From: an uncultured Gammaproteobacteria bacterium
GTDB lineage: Bacteria; Pseudomonadota; Gammaproteobacteria; GCA-002705445; GCA-002716945
Assembly: GCA_902559355.1 (NCBI GenBank)
Contig: CACEHM010000002.1
Coordinates: 171,246 to 235,245, forward strand
DNA length: 64,000 nucleotides
Direction: 5' to 3'
Shown piece by piece: positions 11,321 through 22,846 of this stretch; position 1 is the stretch's first letter, and every line of letters starts with the position of its first letter. The position numbers and the translations under genes are program-made. The notes beneath the pieces are model-generated. The model was given only the letters and a program-made list of their open reading frames with translations. It did no database searches and was not told where the DNA came from.

Positions 11321-13849
11321 ATGTCTGAATATTCGCAAATTAAACTTGACGATGAAATGCGTCATTCGTATATAGAATATGCGATGTCAGTCATTGTTGG
11401 TAGAGCATTGCCGGACGTGAGAGATGGGCTAAAACCAGTCCACAGAAGAGTACTTTATTCAATGCATGAACTAAACAATGGTTACAACAAGGCATATAAA
11501 AAATCAGCTAGAATTGTAGGCGATGTTATTGGTAAATATCACCCACATGGTGATACTGCAGTATACGACACAATTGTAAGATTAGCTCAGCCCTTCTCAA
11601 TGAGATACCCACTGGTTGATGGACAAGGTAACTTTGGTTCAATAGATGGAGATTCTCCAGCTGCAATGAGGTATACGGAAGTAAGAATGTCTCGTCTATC
11701 TCACGAGCTTTTATCTGATATAGATAAAAATACTGTGGACTTTAATCCAAATTATGATGGGTCGGAAAATGAACCTACAGTTTTACCAACTAGGATACCT
11801 AACTTACTTATAAATGGAGCATCTGGTATTGCAGTAGGCATGGCTACAAATATTCCACCTCATAACTTGAATGAAGTCGTTGATGGAGTCATAGCTATAA
11901 TTAATGATCCGACATTAGGCCAGGATGATTATATAGAACAATTTATAATTCAAACAGGATTTAAAGGTCCAGACTTTCCCACGGGAGCTGAAATCAAAGA
12001 TAACGGAGGGATTAATGATGCTATAAAAACGGGCCGTGGTTCTTTTAAAATTAGAGCCATTCATTCTATCGAAGAAAAAAAAGATAAAAGCTCTATAGTC
12101 ATTAATGAACTGCCATACCAAGTAAATAAAGCAAAGCTAATTGAATCAATAGCTTTATTAGTTAGAGATAAAAAAATCACAGGCATAAGTCATCTTAGAG
12201 ATGAATCTGATCGAGATGGCCTTAGAGTTGTTATTGAACTAAAAAAGGGCGAACAACCTGATGTTATTTTAAGTAGTCTATACAAACAAACCAACTTACA
12301 AACTTCATTTTCAGTGAATATGGTTTGTTTAGTTGATGGCGAACCTTGCACTATAAGTGTACCAAGAGCTCTGCAAGAGTTTATTAAGCATCGTAGGGAA
12401 ATCATTACAAGAAGAACATTATATCTTTTGAATAAGACATACAGCAAAGCTCATGTGCTTGAAGGTCTAAGTATAGCCTTAGATAACATAGATGAAATGA
12501 TTGATTTGATTAAAAAATCAAAATCTACAGATGAAGCTAAGAAAAAAATAATAAATAAAACATGGGGAACAACTAAAAATAAATGGGTTCTATCTAAACT
12601 AATAAATGACTGTAAAGACTTTATGACAGTTGATAATAAAGTTGGATCGAAAGATGAAAAATATAAAATTAGCGAGGAGCAAGCCCAAGCTGTATTAGAT
12701 ATGAAACTTAACAAGTTGACAAACTTGGAGCAAGACACAATTTTAAATGATTATAATTCTGCTATCACATCTATTAGAGAATATTTAAGTATCCTATCTA
12801 ATCCTCAAGAGCTCAATAATTTAATGATTAGTGAATTATTAGAGATTAAGGACATATATGGACAAGAGCGAAAATCACAAATCTCACAAGATGAAGGTCT
12901 ATTAAATAGAGAAGACATGATTAAAAAAGAAGATGTTATAGTTGTACTTACAGATGCAAATTATGTCAAGCGTATGCCAATTACAGAATTTAGAAGTCAA
13001 AAACGTGGTGGAAGAGGCATAAATGCTGCAAATTTTAAAGAAGGAGATAAAGCAAAGCTACTTGTATGTGCTCATACTCATGATACGGTACTATGCTTTT
13101 CTACCAAGGGCAAAGCGTTTTCTATAAGAGTATTTGACATACCAGATACTAGTAGACAGGCTAGAGGAAAATCTATAAACAATATTATCCCCCTTGAATC
13201 TGATGAATCTATATCAGCAATATTAGCGATTAAAAATTTCGATGAGGATAGTTATTTATTCTTAACAACAAGAGATGGCATGGTTAATAGAATGTCATTA
13301 TCATCATTTAAAAAGGTACGTAATAGCGGGCTTAAGGCTATTCTTCTAAAAAGCAATGATTATTTATTTAACGCATTGCATACGACTGGAAATGATAAAA
13401 TTATTTTGTCTTCAACAAGTGGTAAATCAATTATGTTTTCAGAGTCGCAAATTAGAGAAAGATCGAGAGGAACGCAAGGTGTCACAGGCATCAAACTTCC
13501 TAGAGGCTCAAAGATTATTTCATCACTAAATGTACAATGTAGCCAAGTTATATTTGTTACTGAGAATGGCTTTGGTAATAAAATATCTGTTGATTCGTAC
13601 AACGAACAAAATAGAGGCGGGCAAGGGGTCATTTCTATAAAAACCTCAGATCGAAATGGTCAGGTTGTAGGTGCTGCAAATTTAGATAATACAGACCATA
13701 TAATACTAATAACAAATAAAGGAAAAACAATTAAGATATCAGCCTCTGATATGAAAACAATTAATAGAAATACTCAAGGTGTTCGATTGCAAGATATGTC
13801 GGATGATGAGAAAATATCAGCTGTATCATCTGAACGCGCGAATGATTAA
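11321..13849 (+). CDS. gyrA: DNA gyrase subunit A
   Basis: Contains [26 protein letters not shown] with the active-site Tyr region, plus C-terminal beta-pinwheel repeats. Confidence 0.97.
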   Translation: MSEYSQIKLDDEMRHSYIEYAMSVIVGRALPDVRDGLKPVHRRVLYSMHELNNGYNKAYKKSARIVGDVIGKYHPHGDTAVYDTIVRLAQPFSMRYPLVDGQGNFGSIDGDSPAAMRYTEVRMSRLSHELLSDIDKNTVDFNPNYDGSENEPTVLPTRIPNLLINGASGIAVGMATNIPPHNLNEVVDGVIAIINDPTLGQDDYIEQFIIQTGFKGPDFPTGAEIKDNGGINDAIKTGRGSFKIRAIHSIEEKKDKSSIVINELPYQVNKAKLIESIALLVRDKKITGISHLRDESDRDGLRVVIELKKGEQPDVILSSLYKQTNLQTSFSVNMVCLVDGEPCTISVPRALQEFIKHRREIITRRTLYLLNKTYSKAHVLEGLSIALDNIDEMIDLIKKSKSTDEAKKKIINKTWGTTKNKWVLSKLINDCKDFMTVDNKVGSKDEKYKISEEQAQAVLDMKLNKLTNLEQDTILNDYNSAITSIREYLSILSNPQELNNLMISELLEIKDIYGQERKSQISQDEGLLNREDMIKKEDVIVVLTDANYVKRMPITEFRSQKRGGRGINAANFKEGDKAKLLVCAHTHDTVLCFSTKGKAFSIRVFDIPDTSRQARGKSINNIIPLESDESISAILAIKNFDEDSYLFLTTRDGMVNRMSLSSFKKVRNSGLKAILLKSNDYLFNALHTTGNDKIILSSTSGKSIMFSESQIRERSRGTQGVTGIKLPRGSKIISSLNVQCSQVIFVTENGFGNKISVDSYNEQNRGGQGVISIKTSDRNGQVVGAANLDNTDHIILITNKGKTIKISASDMKTINRNTQGVRLQDMSDDEKISAVSSERAND

Positions 13850-13852
13850 ATA

Positions 13853-14923
13853 ATGCTAAAGAAATTTCGAACTAATATAGATAAAATAGATGAAAAGTTA
13901 CTAGATCTTTTGAATCAAAGAGCAAATATTGCTAAACAAGTTGCTGACTACAAAAAATCATCAAATAATAAAATTATATTTAGACCTGAAAGAGAATCTC
14001 AAATTATTAAAAGTTTAAGAACTCTTAATAAAGGACCTCTTAATGCAGATCACATTCATAATATATACAGGGAAATAATATCGTCTTGTCTATCACTTGA
14101 AACAAATCTTAATGTCTCCTTCTTAGGACCAATAGGAACATATAGTGAGATTGCTATGACCAAATTCTTTGGTAGTAGTATTCAAAAAAATAGCAAAAAT
14201 AATATTCATGAAGTATTTGATTCTGTTAAAAACAACACTTGCGACTATGGAGTTGTTCCTGTTGAAAATTCAAATCAAGGAAGCATCAAAAGCACATTAG
14301 ATTTCCTCATAAAATATAAAGTTAACATTTGTGGAGAGCAAAATATCCCAATTAAACACTGCTTAATGTCACAGAGTAACTCTGTGACTGGTATTAAAAA
14401 AATATATGCACATAACCAGACGTTATCTCAGTGCAGCTCATGGTTATCTAAAAATTATCCAAATGCCGAATATATAGCCTCAGATAGCAATGCACAAGCT
14501 GCCCTTATTGCAAAAAAACACAAGAATTCATCATGCATAGCCAACGAAATTTGCAGCAAACTCTATAAGTTAAAAATCATTGCTAGAAATATACATGATG
14601 TTCATAATAATACGACACGTTTTCTAATAATTGGTAATACTGAAGTCTCTAAATCTAAAAATGATAAAACTACCTTCATTATGTCGTTACAAAATAAAGC
14701 GGGAGCGTTATCAAAAGCGTTAGAAGTTTTAGCAAATAATAAGATATCAATGACTAAAATTGAATCTATACCAACAAAAGAAAAAAACTGGGAATACTTA
14801 TTCTTAATTGATATATCAGGGCACATAAGTGAAAAAAAAGTTTATAACGCACTTACTAAAATTGAGTCGTTCGCTGGATTTTTTCAATGTCTGGGATCAT
14901 ATCCAAAGAGCATAGATCAGTGA
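13853..14923 (+). CDS. pheA: bifunctional chorismate mutase / prephenate dehydratase
   Basis: An N-terminal CM_2 helix (IDKIDEKLLDLLNQRANIAKQV) is followed by PDT and ACT domains. Confidence 0.9.
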   Translation: MLKKFRTNIDKIDEKLLDLLNQRANIAKQVADYKKSSNNKIIFRPERESQIIKSLRTLNKGPLNADHIHNIYREIISSCLSLETNLNVSFLGPIGTYSEIAMTKFFGSSIQKNSKNNIHEVFDSVKNNTCDYGVVPVENSNQGSIKSTLDFLIKYKVNICGEQNIPIKHCLMSQSNSVTGIKKIYAHNQTLSQCSSWLSKNYPNAEYIASDSNAQAALIAKKHKNSSCIANEICSKLYKLKIIARNIHDVHNNTTRFLIIGNTEVSKSKNDKTTFIMSLQNKAGALSKALEVLANNKISMTKIESIPTKEKNWEYLFLIDISGHISEKKVYNALTKIESFAGFFQCLGSYPKSIDQ

Positions 14924-16023
14924 ATCTAAAAAATATAAAAAAATACACTCCTGGATTCAATATTCATGATATCCAAAAAAAATATAAATTAAAAAAAGTT
15001 ATTAAGCTTGCTTCAAATGAAAATCCATTTGTTTCAAATGACGTACTATCTTTCATTAAAAAATCAAATCATAAATTAAATCTTTATCCAGAAAGTAATC
15101 CTGATGAGCTACATAAATTATTAGCTGATACTGTTGGTCACAGGATGACTAGAAATAATATTATTCTAGGCAATGGTAGCAATGAAATTCTAGAATTTAT
15201 TGTCAGAGCAAAAGTAGATAATAAATCTGAAGTTATTATACCAAAGCATTCATTTCTAGTTTATGAAATTATATCAAAACTTCAAAATGCAAAAATTATC
15301 GTAACAAAACCAGATAATGATAAAGCCTCTGAAAACTATTTAGGCATTAATTTGGAATCAGTTATAAAAAAGATTACAAAAAAAACTAAATTAATATTTA
15401 TTGCAAATCCTGCAAATCCAACCGGAACCTACATTGATTTATCAAAAATTGATAACTTTCTTCAGTCGTTACCTAAAAATACTTCTGTAATTATTGATGA
15501 AGCTTATTATGAGTACTTAAATCCAAAGATTAATAAAACTGCAGTCAGTCTAATCAATAAATATAAAAACTTATATGTGACAAGGTCTTTTTCTAAAATT
15601 TATGGCTTAGCATCCCTGAGAGTTGGATACGGGATTTCATCACGAGATAATATATCTATATTAAAAAATTATAAACAACCATTTAACAGTAATCTATTTG
15701 CCCAAAAAGCTGCACTATTAGCCTTAAAAGATTTTAAGTTCACGCGAGTAAGTAAAGAGAATAATGATATTGCTAGGATTAAACTTACTGAACTTTTTAA
15801 TAGGTTATCTATTGATTATTTAGGGACCTATTGTAATTTTATTACTTTCAGAGCGGGTAAAAGATCAAAACAACTATTTGAATATCTGCTTAAAAATGGA
15901 GTGATAGTTCGACCTTTGACTAATTATGGACTCACGGATTACCTTCGTGTTTCACTAGGAACTCCCCATGATAATAATATTTTTATTAAACATATGAAGT
16001 TGTTTTATAGTGATAAAATATAA
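14887..16023 (+). CDS. hisC: histidinol-phosphate aminotransferase
   Basis: Class-II aminotransferase with the PLP-Lys region (YVTRSFSKIYGLASLRVGY). The pheA-hisC-tyrA-aroA order is conserved. Confidence 0.8.
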   Translation: MSGIISKEHRSVNLKNIKKYTPGFNIHDIQKKYKLKKVIKLASNENPFVSNDVLSFIKKSNHKLNLYPESNPDELHKLLADTVGHRMTRNNIILGNGSNEILEFIVRAKVDNKSEVIIPKHSFLVYEIISKLQNAKIIVTKPDNDKASENYLGINLESVIKKITKKTKLIFIANPANPTGTYIDLSKIDNFLQSLPKNTSVIIDEAYYEYLNPKINKTAVSLINKYKNLYVTRSFSKIYGLASLRVGYGISSRDNISILKNYKQPFNSNLFAQKAALLALKDFKFTRVSKENNDIARIKLTELFNRLSIDYLGTYCNFITFRAGKRSKQLFEYLLKNGVIVRPLTNYGLTDYLRVSLGTPHDNNIFIKHMKLFYSDKI

Positions 16024-16858
16024 TAATATACTTATTGTCGGTATTGGCATGATGGGTGCTTCATTATGCAAGTCAATTAAAAAAAATAAAATTTCAAAAA
16101 AAATAACTGGTTTTGATACTAACTCTAAATCCTTAGATTATGCTTTAAAAAATAAAATAATAGATAATGCTATATCTAAAATAAGCGATACTGAGCATCC
16201 TGATTTGATTATATTATGCACACCTGTAAGTTCGTATGAAAGACTTACTTTGAAGTTGAGTAAGGTAGTAACAAAAAAATCTATACTTACAGATATTGGA
16301 AGCTCTAAAGGGAATATGCATAATAATATTTATAAAATATTATTAAAAACAAAAATAAGTTATTTAAGCTCTCATCCAATGGTTGGCTCTGAAAAATCTG
16401 GTGTTCAGAATAATCAATCAAATATGTATAAAGATAAAATTATTTTTTTAATCGACAAACCTAAGTGTAGTAATTCTACCTACAAATCATTAAATAACTT
16501 TTGGAAATCATTAGGTTCATTTACATATAATTTAACAAAGAATCAACATGATACTTTAATGTCACAGACTAGCCATATCGCACATTTAATGTCTTATATT
16601 TTTGTACAGTCATTACCTCAATCAATTATAAATGATAATTTATCATTACTTCTTGGAGGAGGCATAAAAGAGCATATTAGACTTAGTAAAAGTGACCCTA
16701 AGATGTGGACAGATATATTTGTAAATAATAGATCTAATTTAATTAAGTCTATCAACCGCATTGAAAAAAATATTTCAAATCTAAAAAAAATGATATCAGA
16801 ATCAGATGTAAATAAAATAAAACGTCTTTTAAGTAAAATACAAATTAAAACTAAATGA
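16010..16858 (+). CDS. tyrA: prephenate/arogenate dehydrogenase
   Basis: Has an NAD-binding Rossmann motif (ILIVGIGMMGASL) and lies between hisC and aroA. Confidence 0.75.
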   Translation: MIKYNNILIVGIGMMGASLCKSIKKNKISKKITGFDTNSKSLDYALKNKIIDNAISKISDTEHPDLIILCTPVSSYERLTLKLSKVVTKKSILTDIGSSKGNMHNNIYKILLKTKISYLSSHPMVGSEKSGVQNNQSNMYKDKIIFLIDKPKCSNSTYKSLNNFWKSLGSFTYNLTKNQHDTLMSQTSHIAHLMSYIFVQSLPQSIINDNLSLLLGGGIKEHIRLSKSDPKMWTDIFVNNRSNLIKSINRIEKNISNLKKMISESDVNKIKRLLSKIQIKTK

Positions 16859-18159
16859 GCTCTTCGAATAATCTGATTGTTAACAAATCTAAGCCATTCC
16901 TTGGCAAGGTGATTATTCCAGGAGATAAATCAATTTCACATAGAAGTATAATTCTAGGTTCCATGGCTAAGGGTAAAATTATAATAACTAATTTTCTTAA
17001 ATCTGATGACTGTCTTAAAACTATTTCTGCTATGAGAAGTCTAGGGGCTAAAATTACAGCCTTTAATGAACAAATAATGATAGAAGGAATAGGTCTTAAT
17101 AATCTTAAAAAGCCAAATAAGACTATAGATGCTGGGAATTCTGGAACTCTTATTCGGCTATTAACAGGCATTCTCTCTGTCCAGAATTTCAGTTCAACTA
17201 TCACTGGAGATGAATCACTTAATACAAGACCGATGAGGAGAATTATAAATCCTTTAGTCGCGCACGGAGCAATGATAGATTCTAATAATTTTAAGGCACC
17301 TTTAAAAATTACAGGTAATACAAAACTCTTACCTATAAATTATAAACAAGATGTAGCAAGTGCTCAGGTGAAATCGTGCCTGATGTTAGCTGCGTTATTC
17401 ATAGAAGGAGAATCAAAATTTTATGAAGATATTGTTACACGTGATCATACTGAAAACTTACTTGAATATTTAGGCTATGATATGAATAAATCTGAACATG
17501 AGATTAGTTTTAAAGGCTGTCAACCCCTCATAGCAAAAGATATAAATATCGGCTCTGATATTTCATCAGCTGCTTTTTTTATTGTTGCTGCGCTAATATT
17601 AAAAAATTCTGAAATCAAAATTCCTAATATAAATATAAATAAGTATAGAGTTGGTATTATAACTGTTCTAAAAAAAATGGGTGCTAATATATCTATAATC
17701 AATAAACGACTTGATTCAAATGAAGAAATAGGAGATTTAATAATTAAATCAAGTCATCTTAAATCCTTAAATTTAGGTGGAGAAATAATATCAACATTAA
17801 TAGATGAATTACCTATATTATTTATTGCATGTGCTGTTTCATCAGGAGTTTCTAAAATATCTGGTATAGAAGAATTAAGATATAAAGAAAGCGATAGGAT
17901 TAAATCAATGGAAGAGGGATTAAATGCAGTGGGCATTAAATCTACATCAACACTTGATTCAATCGAAATAAATGGCGGAGAAATATTGGGTGGTAAAATA
18001 AATAGTTACGGTGATCATCGAATTGCCATGGCATTTTCGATAGCTGCACTAATCTCAAAAAAATCTATTACTATTACTGATACGAAAAATATCTCTACAT
18101 CATTTCCAAACTTTATTGATCTAATGAGAGAACAAAGAGCTGATATTTATGAACTTTAA
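16855..18159 (+). CDS. aroA: 3-phosphoshikimate 1-carboxyvinyltransferase (EPSP synthase)
   Basis: Contains EPSPS motifs (LGNSGTLIRLLTG, KESDRI). Confidence 0.9.
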   Translation: MSSSNNLIVNKSKPFLGKVIIPGDKSISHRSIILGSMAKGKIIITNFLKSDDCLKTISAMRSLGAKITAFNEQIMIEGIGLNNLKKPNKTIDAGNSGTLIRLLTGILSVQNFSSTITGDESLNTRPMRRIINPLVAHGAMIDSNNFKAPLKITGNTKLLPINYKQDVASAQVKSCLMLAALFIEGESKFYEDIVTRDHTENLLEYLGYDMNKSEHEISFKGCQPLIAKDINIGSDISSAAFFIVAALILKNSEIKIPNININKYRVGIITVLKKMGANISIINKRLDSNEEIGDLIIKSSHLKSLNLGGEIISTLIDELPILFIACAVSSGVSKISGIEELRYKESDRIKSMEEGLNAVGIKSTSTLDSIEINGGEILGGKINSYGDHRIAMAFSIAALISKKSITITDTKNISTSFPNFIDLMREQRADIYEL

Positions 18160-18829
18160 TCCTACTTATATAATTACTATTGATGGTACTAGTAGTTCAG
18201 GAAAATCAACAATATCGAGATTACTTGCAAAAAAGCTAAACTTTAAATTATTAGATAGTGGTAAATTATATAGGTCAGCAGGTTATATTGCATGTGACAT
18301 GTATGATTCACTTGATATGGTCAAAGACTACCCCGGATTAGTATCTAAAATATCATTAAAACCAAATATCAACTCTCATGAATATGAAGTCTATTATAAA
18401 AATAAAATAATTGACTCTCTTCTCTATGACGAAAATATTGGTTTAGCTGCATCGATAGTTTCAAAAGTACCTCAAGTTCGAGAAAGTATGTATAACCTTC
18501 AACATTCTTGCGTTCAAGGCAATGGCTTAATTGCAAATGGTCGAGATATGGGTACAGAAGTATTTAAAGATGCACAATTGAAAATATATATTACTGCGGA
18601 AATTAATATAAGAGCAAGAAGAAGATTTGAAGAACTTATAGATAAAGGCGATGATGTCCACTATCAGGATATATACAATTCTCTCAAGAAAAGAGATGAT
18701 AGTGATATAAATAGAGACATATCACCCCTTAAAATACCTAATAATGCACATATATTAGATACTTCTCACGTAAAACCCGATGCAATTGTTGATAAAATAT
18801 TAAATTTGTATACTATTACAAACAATTAA
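18149..18829 (+). CDS. cmk: cytidylate kinase
   Basis: P-loop ITIDGTSSSGKST, located upstream of rpsA. Confidence 0.9.
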   Translation: MNFNPTYIITIDGTSSSGKSTISRLLAKKLNFKLLDSGKLYRSAGYIACDMYDSLDMVKDYPGLVSKISLKPNINSHEYEVYYKNKIIDSLLYDENIGLAASIVSKVPQVRESMYNLQHSCVQGNGLIANGRDMGTEVFKDAQLKIYITAEINIRARRRFEELIDKGDDVHYQDIYNSLKKRDDSDINRDISPLKIPNNAHILDTSHVKPDAIVDKILNLYTITNN

Positions 18830-18842
18830 TTGAATATAACAT

Positions 18843-20417
18843 ATGACTACAACATCAGAATTTGAACAACTAATAGAATCAAATATTTCACAGCTAAATA
18901 TGAATGTCGGAGAAATTATTCCTGCAACCGTCATAGATATAAAAAATGACTTCGTTATCACAAATGCAGGTCTGAAATCTGAAGGTATAATTCCAAAAAG
19001 TCAGTTTATAAATTCGAATGGAGAGTTAGAAGTTGCTATTGGAGATATAGTCGAAGTTACTCTTGATATAGTTGAGGACGGATATGGAGAAACAATCATG
19101 TCCAGAGATAAGGCTAAACGGAAAAAAGTTTGGTCAACATTAGAAGGATTATTAAAAAACCAAGAAATTGTTCCAGGTAAAGTTTGTGGAAAAGTCAAAG
19201 GTGGGTTTACTGTTGAGCTAATGGATGTAAAAGCATTTCTTCCAGGATCACTTGTTGATGTAAGACCAACCAAAGAAACTGATTATCTGGAAGGTAAAAC
19301 TTTAGACTTTAAAATTATAAAAATGGACAAGATTAGAAATAATATCGTCTTATCAAGAAAGGCAGTATTATTGGATCAAAATTCTAGTTCTGAAGAAATA
19401 AAAGAAAAATACGCAGAAGGAAATGTTACTAAAGGGTTTGTTAAGAATTTAACAGATTACGGTGCTTTTATTGATTTGGGTGGTATGGATGGTTTACTTC
19501 ATATCACAGATATATCTTGGAAACGTATTAATCATCCTCAAGAAATATTAAAAGTTGGTGATGAGATTGATGTTAAGGTACTCAAATTTGATGACGAAAA
19601 AAATAGAGTGAGCCTTGGAATGAAACAACTTACTGATGACCCTTGGGATAAAGTAGAGGGAAATATTGAGCTTGATGCTACATACGAAAGTAAAGTTGTA
19701 AACATCGCTGATTATGGTGTATTCGTTGATCTTGGAGATAGTATTGAAGGATTGATCAGAACGTCTGAGCTTGATTGGACTAATAAAAATATAAGTCCTA
19801 AAAAAGTACTCAACCTCGGAGATAAGATAAATGTTAAGGTCATTGAGATCGATGATGAAAAAAGAAGATTGTCTCTGAGTTACAAACAATGCTTGCCAAA
19901 TCCTTGGTCAGATTTTTCGTCTCGACATAACAAAAACGATGTCATTAAAAGTGAAATTAAATCTATAACAGATTTTGGTATTTTTGTTGGTCTGGAAGGT
20001 GGCATTGATGGATTGGTTCATATATCTGATGTCACAAACCTAGGTAAACCTGAGGATTTTATTCGTACATATAAAAAAGGTGATGTGATAGAGACAATTG
20101 TTCTATCTATTGACGCCGAAAGAGAGAGGATATCTCTAGGGTTAAAGCAATTTATTGAATTAAATTTTAATTCTCTCACGGATAGTATTGAAGTCGGTTC
20201 TGAGATGTCTGCTGATATAGTTAGTATTTCTGATACTGGTGTATATCTGAAATTAAAAAATAATCTCAATGGTACACTTAAGCTTCTTCAAAAAGAACTT
20301 CGTGAAATATTAGAAAGTAATACGTTAGAAGTAGCTCAATCTGTAAAATGCAACATAAAATCAATTGATAAGAAAAACTTTCAAGTAATTTGTACTTTAT
20401 CAAGTGATAGTAAATAA
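18843..20417 (+). CDS. rpsA: 30S ribosomal protein S1
   Basis: Six S1 repeats (GAFIDLGG..GLLHI, GVFVDLG..GLI, and others). Confidence 0.95.
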   Translation: MTTTSEFEQLIESNISQLNMNVGEIIPATVIDIKNDFVITNAGLKSEGIIPKSQFINSNGELEVAIGDIVEVTLDIVEDGYGETIMSRDKAKRKKVWSTLEGLLKNQEIVPGKVCGKVKGGFTVELMDVKAFLPGSLVDVRPTKETDYLEGKTLDFKIIKMDKIRNNIVLSRKAVLLDQNSSSEEIKEKYAEGNVTKGFVKNLTDYGAFIDLGGMDGLLHITDISWKRINHPQEILKVGDEIDVKVLKFDDEKNRVSLGMKQLTDDPWDKVEGNIELDATYESKVVNIADYGVFVDLGDSIEGLIRTSELDWTNKNISPKKVLNLGDKINVKVIEIDDEKRRLSLSYKQCLPNPWSDFSSRHNKNDVIKSEIKSITDFGIFVGLEGGIDGLVHISDVTNLGKPEDFIRTYKKGDVIETIVLSIDAERERISLGLKQFIELNFNSLTDSIEVGSEMSADIVSISDTGVYLKLKNNLNGTLKLLQKELREILESNTLEVAQSVKCNIKSIDKKNFQVICTLSSDSK

Positions 20418-20688
20418 ATCTGACATTATAAATCTTGTATCTGAGAAAAACAGTCTTAGTCTAGCTGATACTGAGTATTCTATAAAAAAGCTCATTGATT
20501 ATATGGGTTCGAACCTATATTCGGGCAATAGAATTGAAATTAGAGGTTTTGGTACATTTTGTCTTCACACACATAAGTCACGCATAGCTAGAAACCCTAA
20601 AACGGGTGAAAAGATTGCGCTAGAAAGAAGGAACACTGTGCATTTCAAACCTAGTAAAGAACTCAAGTCTAGAGTTAATAATATATAA
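20404..20688 (+). CDS. ihfB: integration host factor subunit beta
   Basis: Contains the HU/IHF arm GFGTFCLHTHKSRIARNPKTGEKIALERRNTVHFKPSKEL. Confidence 0.85.
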   Translation: MIVNKSDIINLVSEKNSLSLADTEYSIKKLIDYMGSNLYSGNRIEIRGFGTFCLHTHKSRIARNPKTGEKIALERRNTVHFKPSKELKSRVNNI

Positions 20689-20725
20689 TCTATTCAATTT
20701 CGTTAAATTACATTAGAATATAGAT

Positions 20726-21022
20726 ATGGGTAGACTGTTTTTTCTAATATTCACATCTATATTAATTATAATTTCAGTTGTAATATCAACTTATAACTTT
20801 AAAGTTACAGAGATTAGCTTTTATTTACAAACCTATGAACTACCATTATCTATTATAATTCTATACTCTTTCATAGCGGGTGTAGTAACAACATCTATAT
20901 ATCTTATTGCTACAATCTTCTCATATAAAAAAAAATATCGTGAAATGAAGATCTCACTCCAGAATAACCAAGAGGAACTTGATAATCTTAGAAGAAATCC
21001 ATTAAGAGATGGAACTGAATGA
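20726..21022 (+). CDS. lapA: lipopolysaccharide assembly protein LapA (two-TM)
   Basis: Two TM helices and a coiled C-terminus, immediately upstream of lapB. Confidence 0.5.
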   Translation: MGRLFFLIFTSILIIISVVISTYNFKVTEISFYLQTYELPLSIIILYSFIAGVVTTSIYLIATIFSYKKKYREMKISLQNNQEELDNLRRNPLRDGTE

Positions 21023-22176
21023 TAGAAATTTTTATTATACTTATTGTCATTTTTTTGCTTTTCATTTTTCTAACAACCAGAAAATATCAAAAAGAAAGCT
21101 TATCAAACAATGTTTATAGTGCGGAATACTATCGTGGCCTTAACTACCTTTTAAATGATGAAAATGATAAAGCTCTAAAAATATTTACAGATCTTATAGA
21201 TGTGGATAGCTCTACTATTGAAACCCACTTAGCGTTAGGAGGCGTCTACAGAAGAAGAGGAGAATTTGATAAGGCCATTTTAATACATCAAAATTTACTA
21301 TCAAGACCAAAACTAGATAGAGGAATTAAAAATCAAACTCTTTATGAGCTTGGTAAAGATTTCTTCTCTGCTGGTCTTTATGATAAATCTGAAAAAATCC
21401 TCTATAACTTACAAAAAAATAAATCATATGAAGAATCATGTTCAGAATATCTCTTGTTGATATATGAACTTTCAAAAGATTGGGACAGTGCTATCAAATT
21501 AACTAAAAATATCAATAAGGATCAAATAAGAAATCTTTCAATTAATGATTTAATCTCACAATACTATTGTGAAAAAGCGAGTGAATATCAAAAGGATAAT
21601 CAATTAAATAAAGCTATTACAGTATTAAGAAAAGCAATTAATATTAATGACTCTAGTAGAAGACCATATTCAATGTTATTTAAGTTAAATATTCAATCTA
21701 ACCCAAGTAGTGCTATAGAAAATCTTCTTAATCTCGTCCGTTTAGATTCTTCATTTCTAGTAATATTGGCTAATGAAATAATTGAATTATCCACTATTCA
21801 TCAAGACAAAGATATTGATAAAAGGATTTCAGATATTATTCTTGAATTTTCTAGTGAAGATCGATTTTCACCTCAAATTTATGAATTTATGTTTAATATT
21901 AACGGTTATTGTTCACCAGATGAATATATAAACAGAATAAGAAAAAATGTATTTGCAAATATATTTGATAATTTATACTCAGAGAAGAGCATGAACAGTA
22001 ATGAGTCGAAAACTAATTTAGATATACTAACTCTGATTGGAGAAAACTTCCTCACATATAACTGTAGTAATTGCGGACATTCTGTAAGAAATCATATATG
22101 GCAATGTCCATCATGTAATCATTGGGAAACATTTAAGCCTAATACTATAAGTGATAGGGTAGCAATTAATGATTGA
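21019..22176 (+). CDS. lapB: lipopolysaccharide assembly protein LapB (TPR + rubredoxin-type zinc finger)
   Basis: An N-terminal TM helix and TPR repeats are followed by the C-terminal CSNCGHSVRNHIWQCPSCNHW. The gene lies upstream of pyrF. Confidence 0.75.
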   Translation: MIEIFIILIVIFLLFIFLTTRKYQKESLSNNVYSAEYYRGLNYLLNDENDKALKIFTDLIDVDSSTIETHLALGGVYRRRGEFDKAILIHQNLLSRPKLDRGIKNQTLYELGKDFFSAGLYDKSEKILYNLQKNKSYEESCSEYLLLIYELSKDWDSAIKLTKNINKDQIRNLSINDLISQYYCEKASEYQKDNQLNKAITVLRKAININDSSRRPYSMLFKLNIQSNPSSAIENLLNLVRLDSSFLVILANEIIELSTIHQDKDIDKRISDIILEFSSEDRFSPQIYEFMFNINGYCSPDEYINRIRKNVFANIFDNLYSEKSMNSNESKTNLDILTLIGENFLTYNCSNCGHSVRNHIWQCPSCNHWETFKPNTISDRVAIND

Positions 22177-22846
22177 TTCTAAAAAAATTATTATTGCTTT
22201 AGATTATAATAATAGTCAAGAAGTATCAAAATTGATAAATAACATAGATCCAAATCTTTGCCGTCTTAAAATTGGAAAAGAACTTTTTACAAAATATGGC
22301 CCTAAAACTATACTTGAACTTCATGATAAGGGATTTGAGGTTTTCCTAGATTTAAAATTTCATGATATTCCAACCACAGTCTATAAAGCATGTATATCTG
22401 CTTTTTCACTAAATGTTTGGATGTTAAACATACATTTGTCTGGCGGTTATGATATGGCTATAGCAGCGATGAATGCAAAGAAGGACTGTCAATCTAATTC
22501 AAAACTAATCGGAGTTACTGCGTTAACGAGCTTAACAGATGATGATTGTATAAGAATATATGGCTGCAATAGATCAGATCAACTAAAAAGATTAAAAGAT
22601 ATTGGTCTAGATGCAAATATAGATGGTTTCGTGTGTTCACCATATGATATAGATACTCTTAAAGCAGATAATAAAATATTTGTAACACCTGGTATAAGAA
22701 CTAATAATAATACCAATGATCATCATAAAGTTATTGCCCCACAAGAAGCTCTAAAACTAGGCTCTAATTATTTAGTCATTGGAAGAAGTATCACCGAGAG
22801 TTCAAATCCAAATAAAGAGATAGAGAAAATTGTAAATTCTTTATAA
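22169..22846 (+). CDS. pyrF: orotidine-5'-phosphate decarboxylase
   Basis: Contains the DLKFHDIPTT active-site motif. Confidence 0.9.
   Translation: MIDSKKIIIALDYNNSQEVSKLINNIDPNLCRLKIGKELFTKYGPKTILELHDKGFEVFLDLKFHDIPTTVYKACISAFSLNVWMLNIHLSGGYDMAIAAMNAKKDCQSNSKLIGVTALTSLTDDDCIRIYGCNRSDQLKRLKDIGLDANIDGFVCSPYDIDTLKADNKIFVTPGIRTNNNTNDHHKVIAPQEALKLGSNYLVIGRSITESSNPNKEIEKIVNSL

Noticed and set aside
1550-20269. Numerous 60-113 aa antisense ORFs inside trpF, trpA, accD, purF, gyrA, aroA and rpsA (for example 1550-1762, 3041-3277, 7634-7939, 12190-12738, 19001-19273, 19548-19889, 20018-20269)
   Set aside because: All are embedded antisense in high-confidence conserved genes. They have low-complexity composition typical of AT-rich shadow frames.
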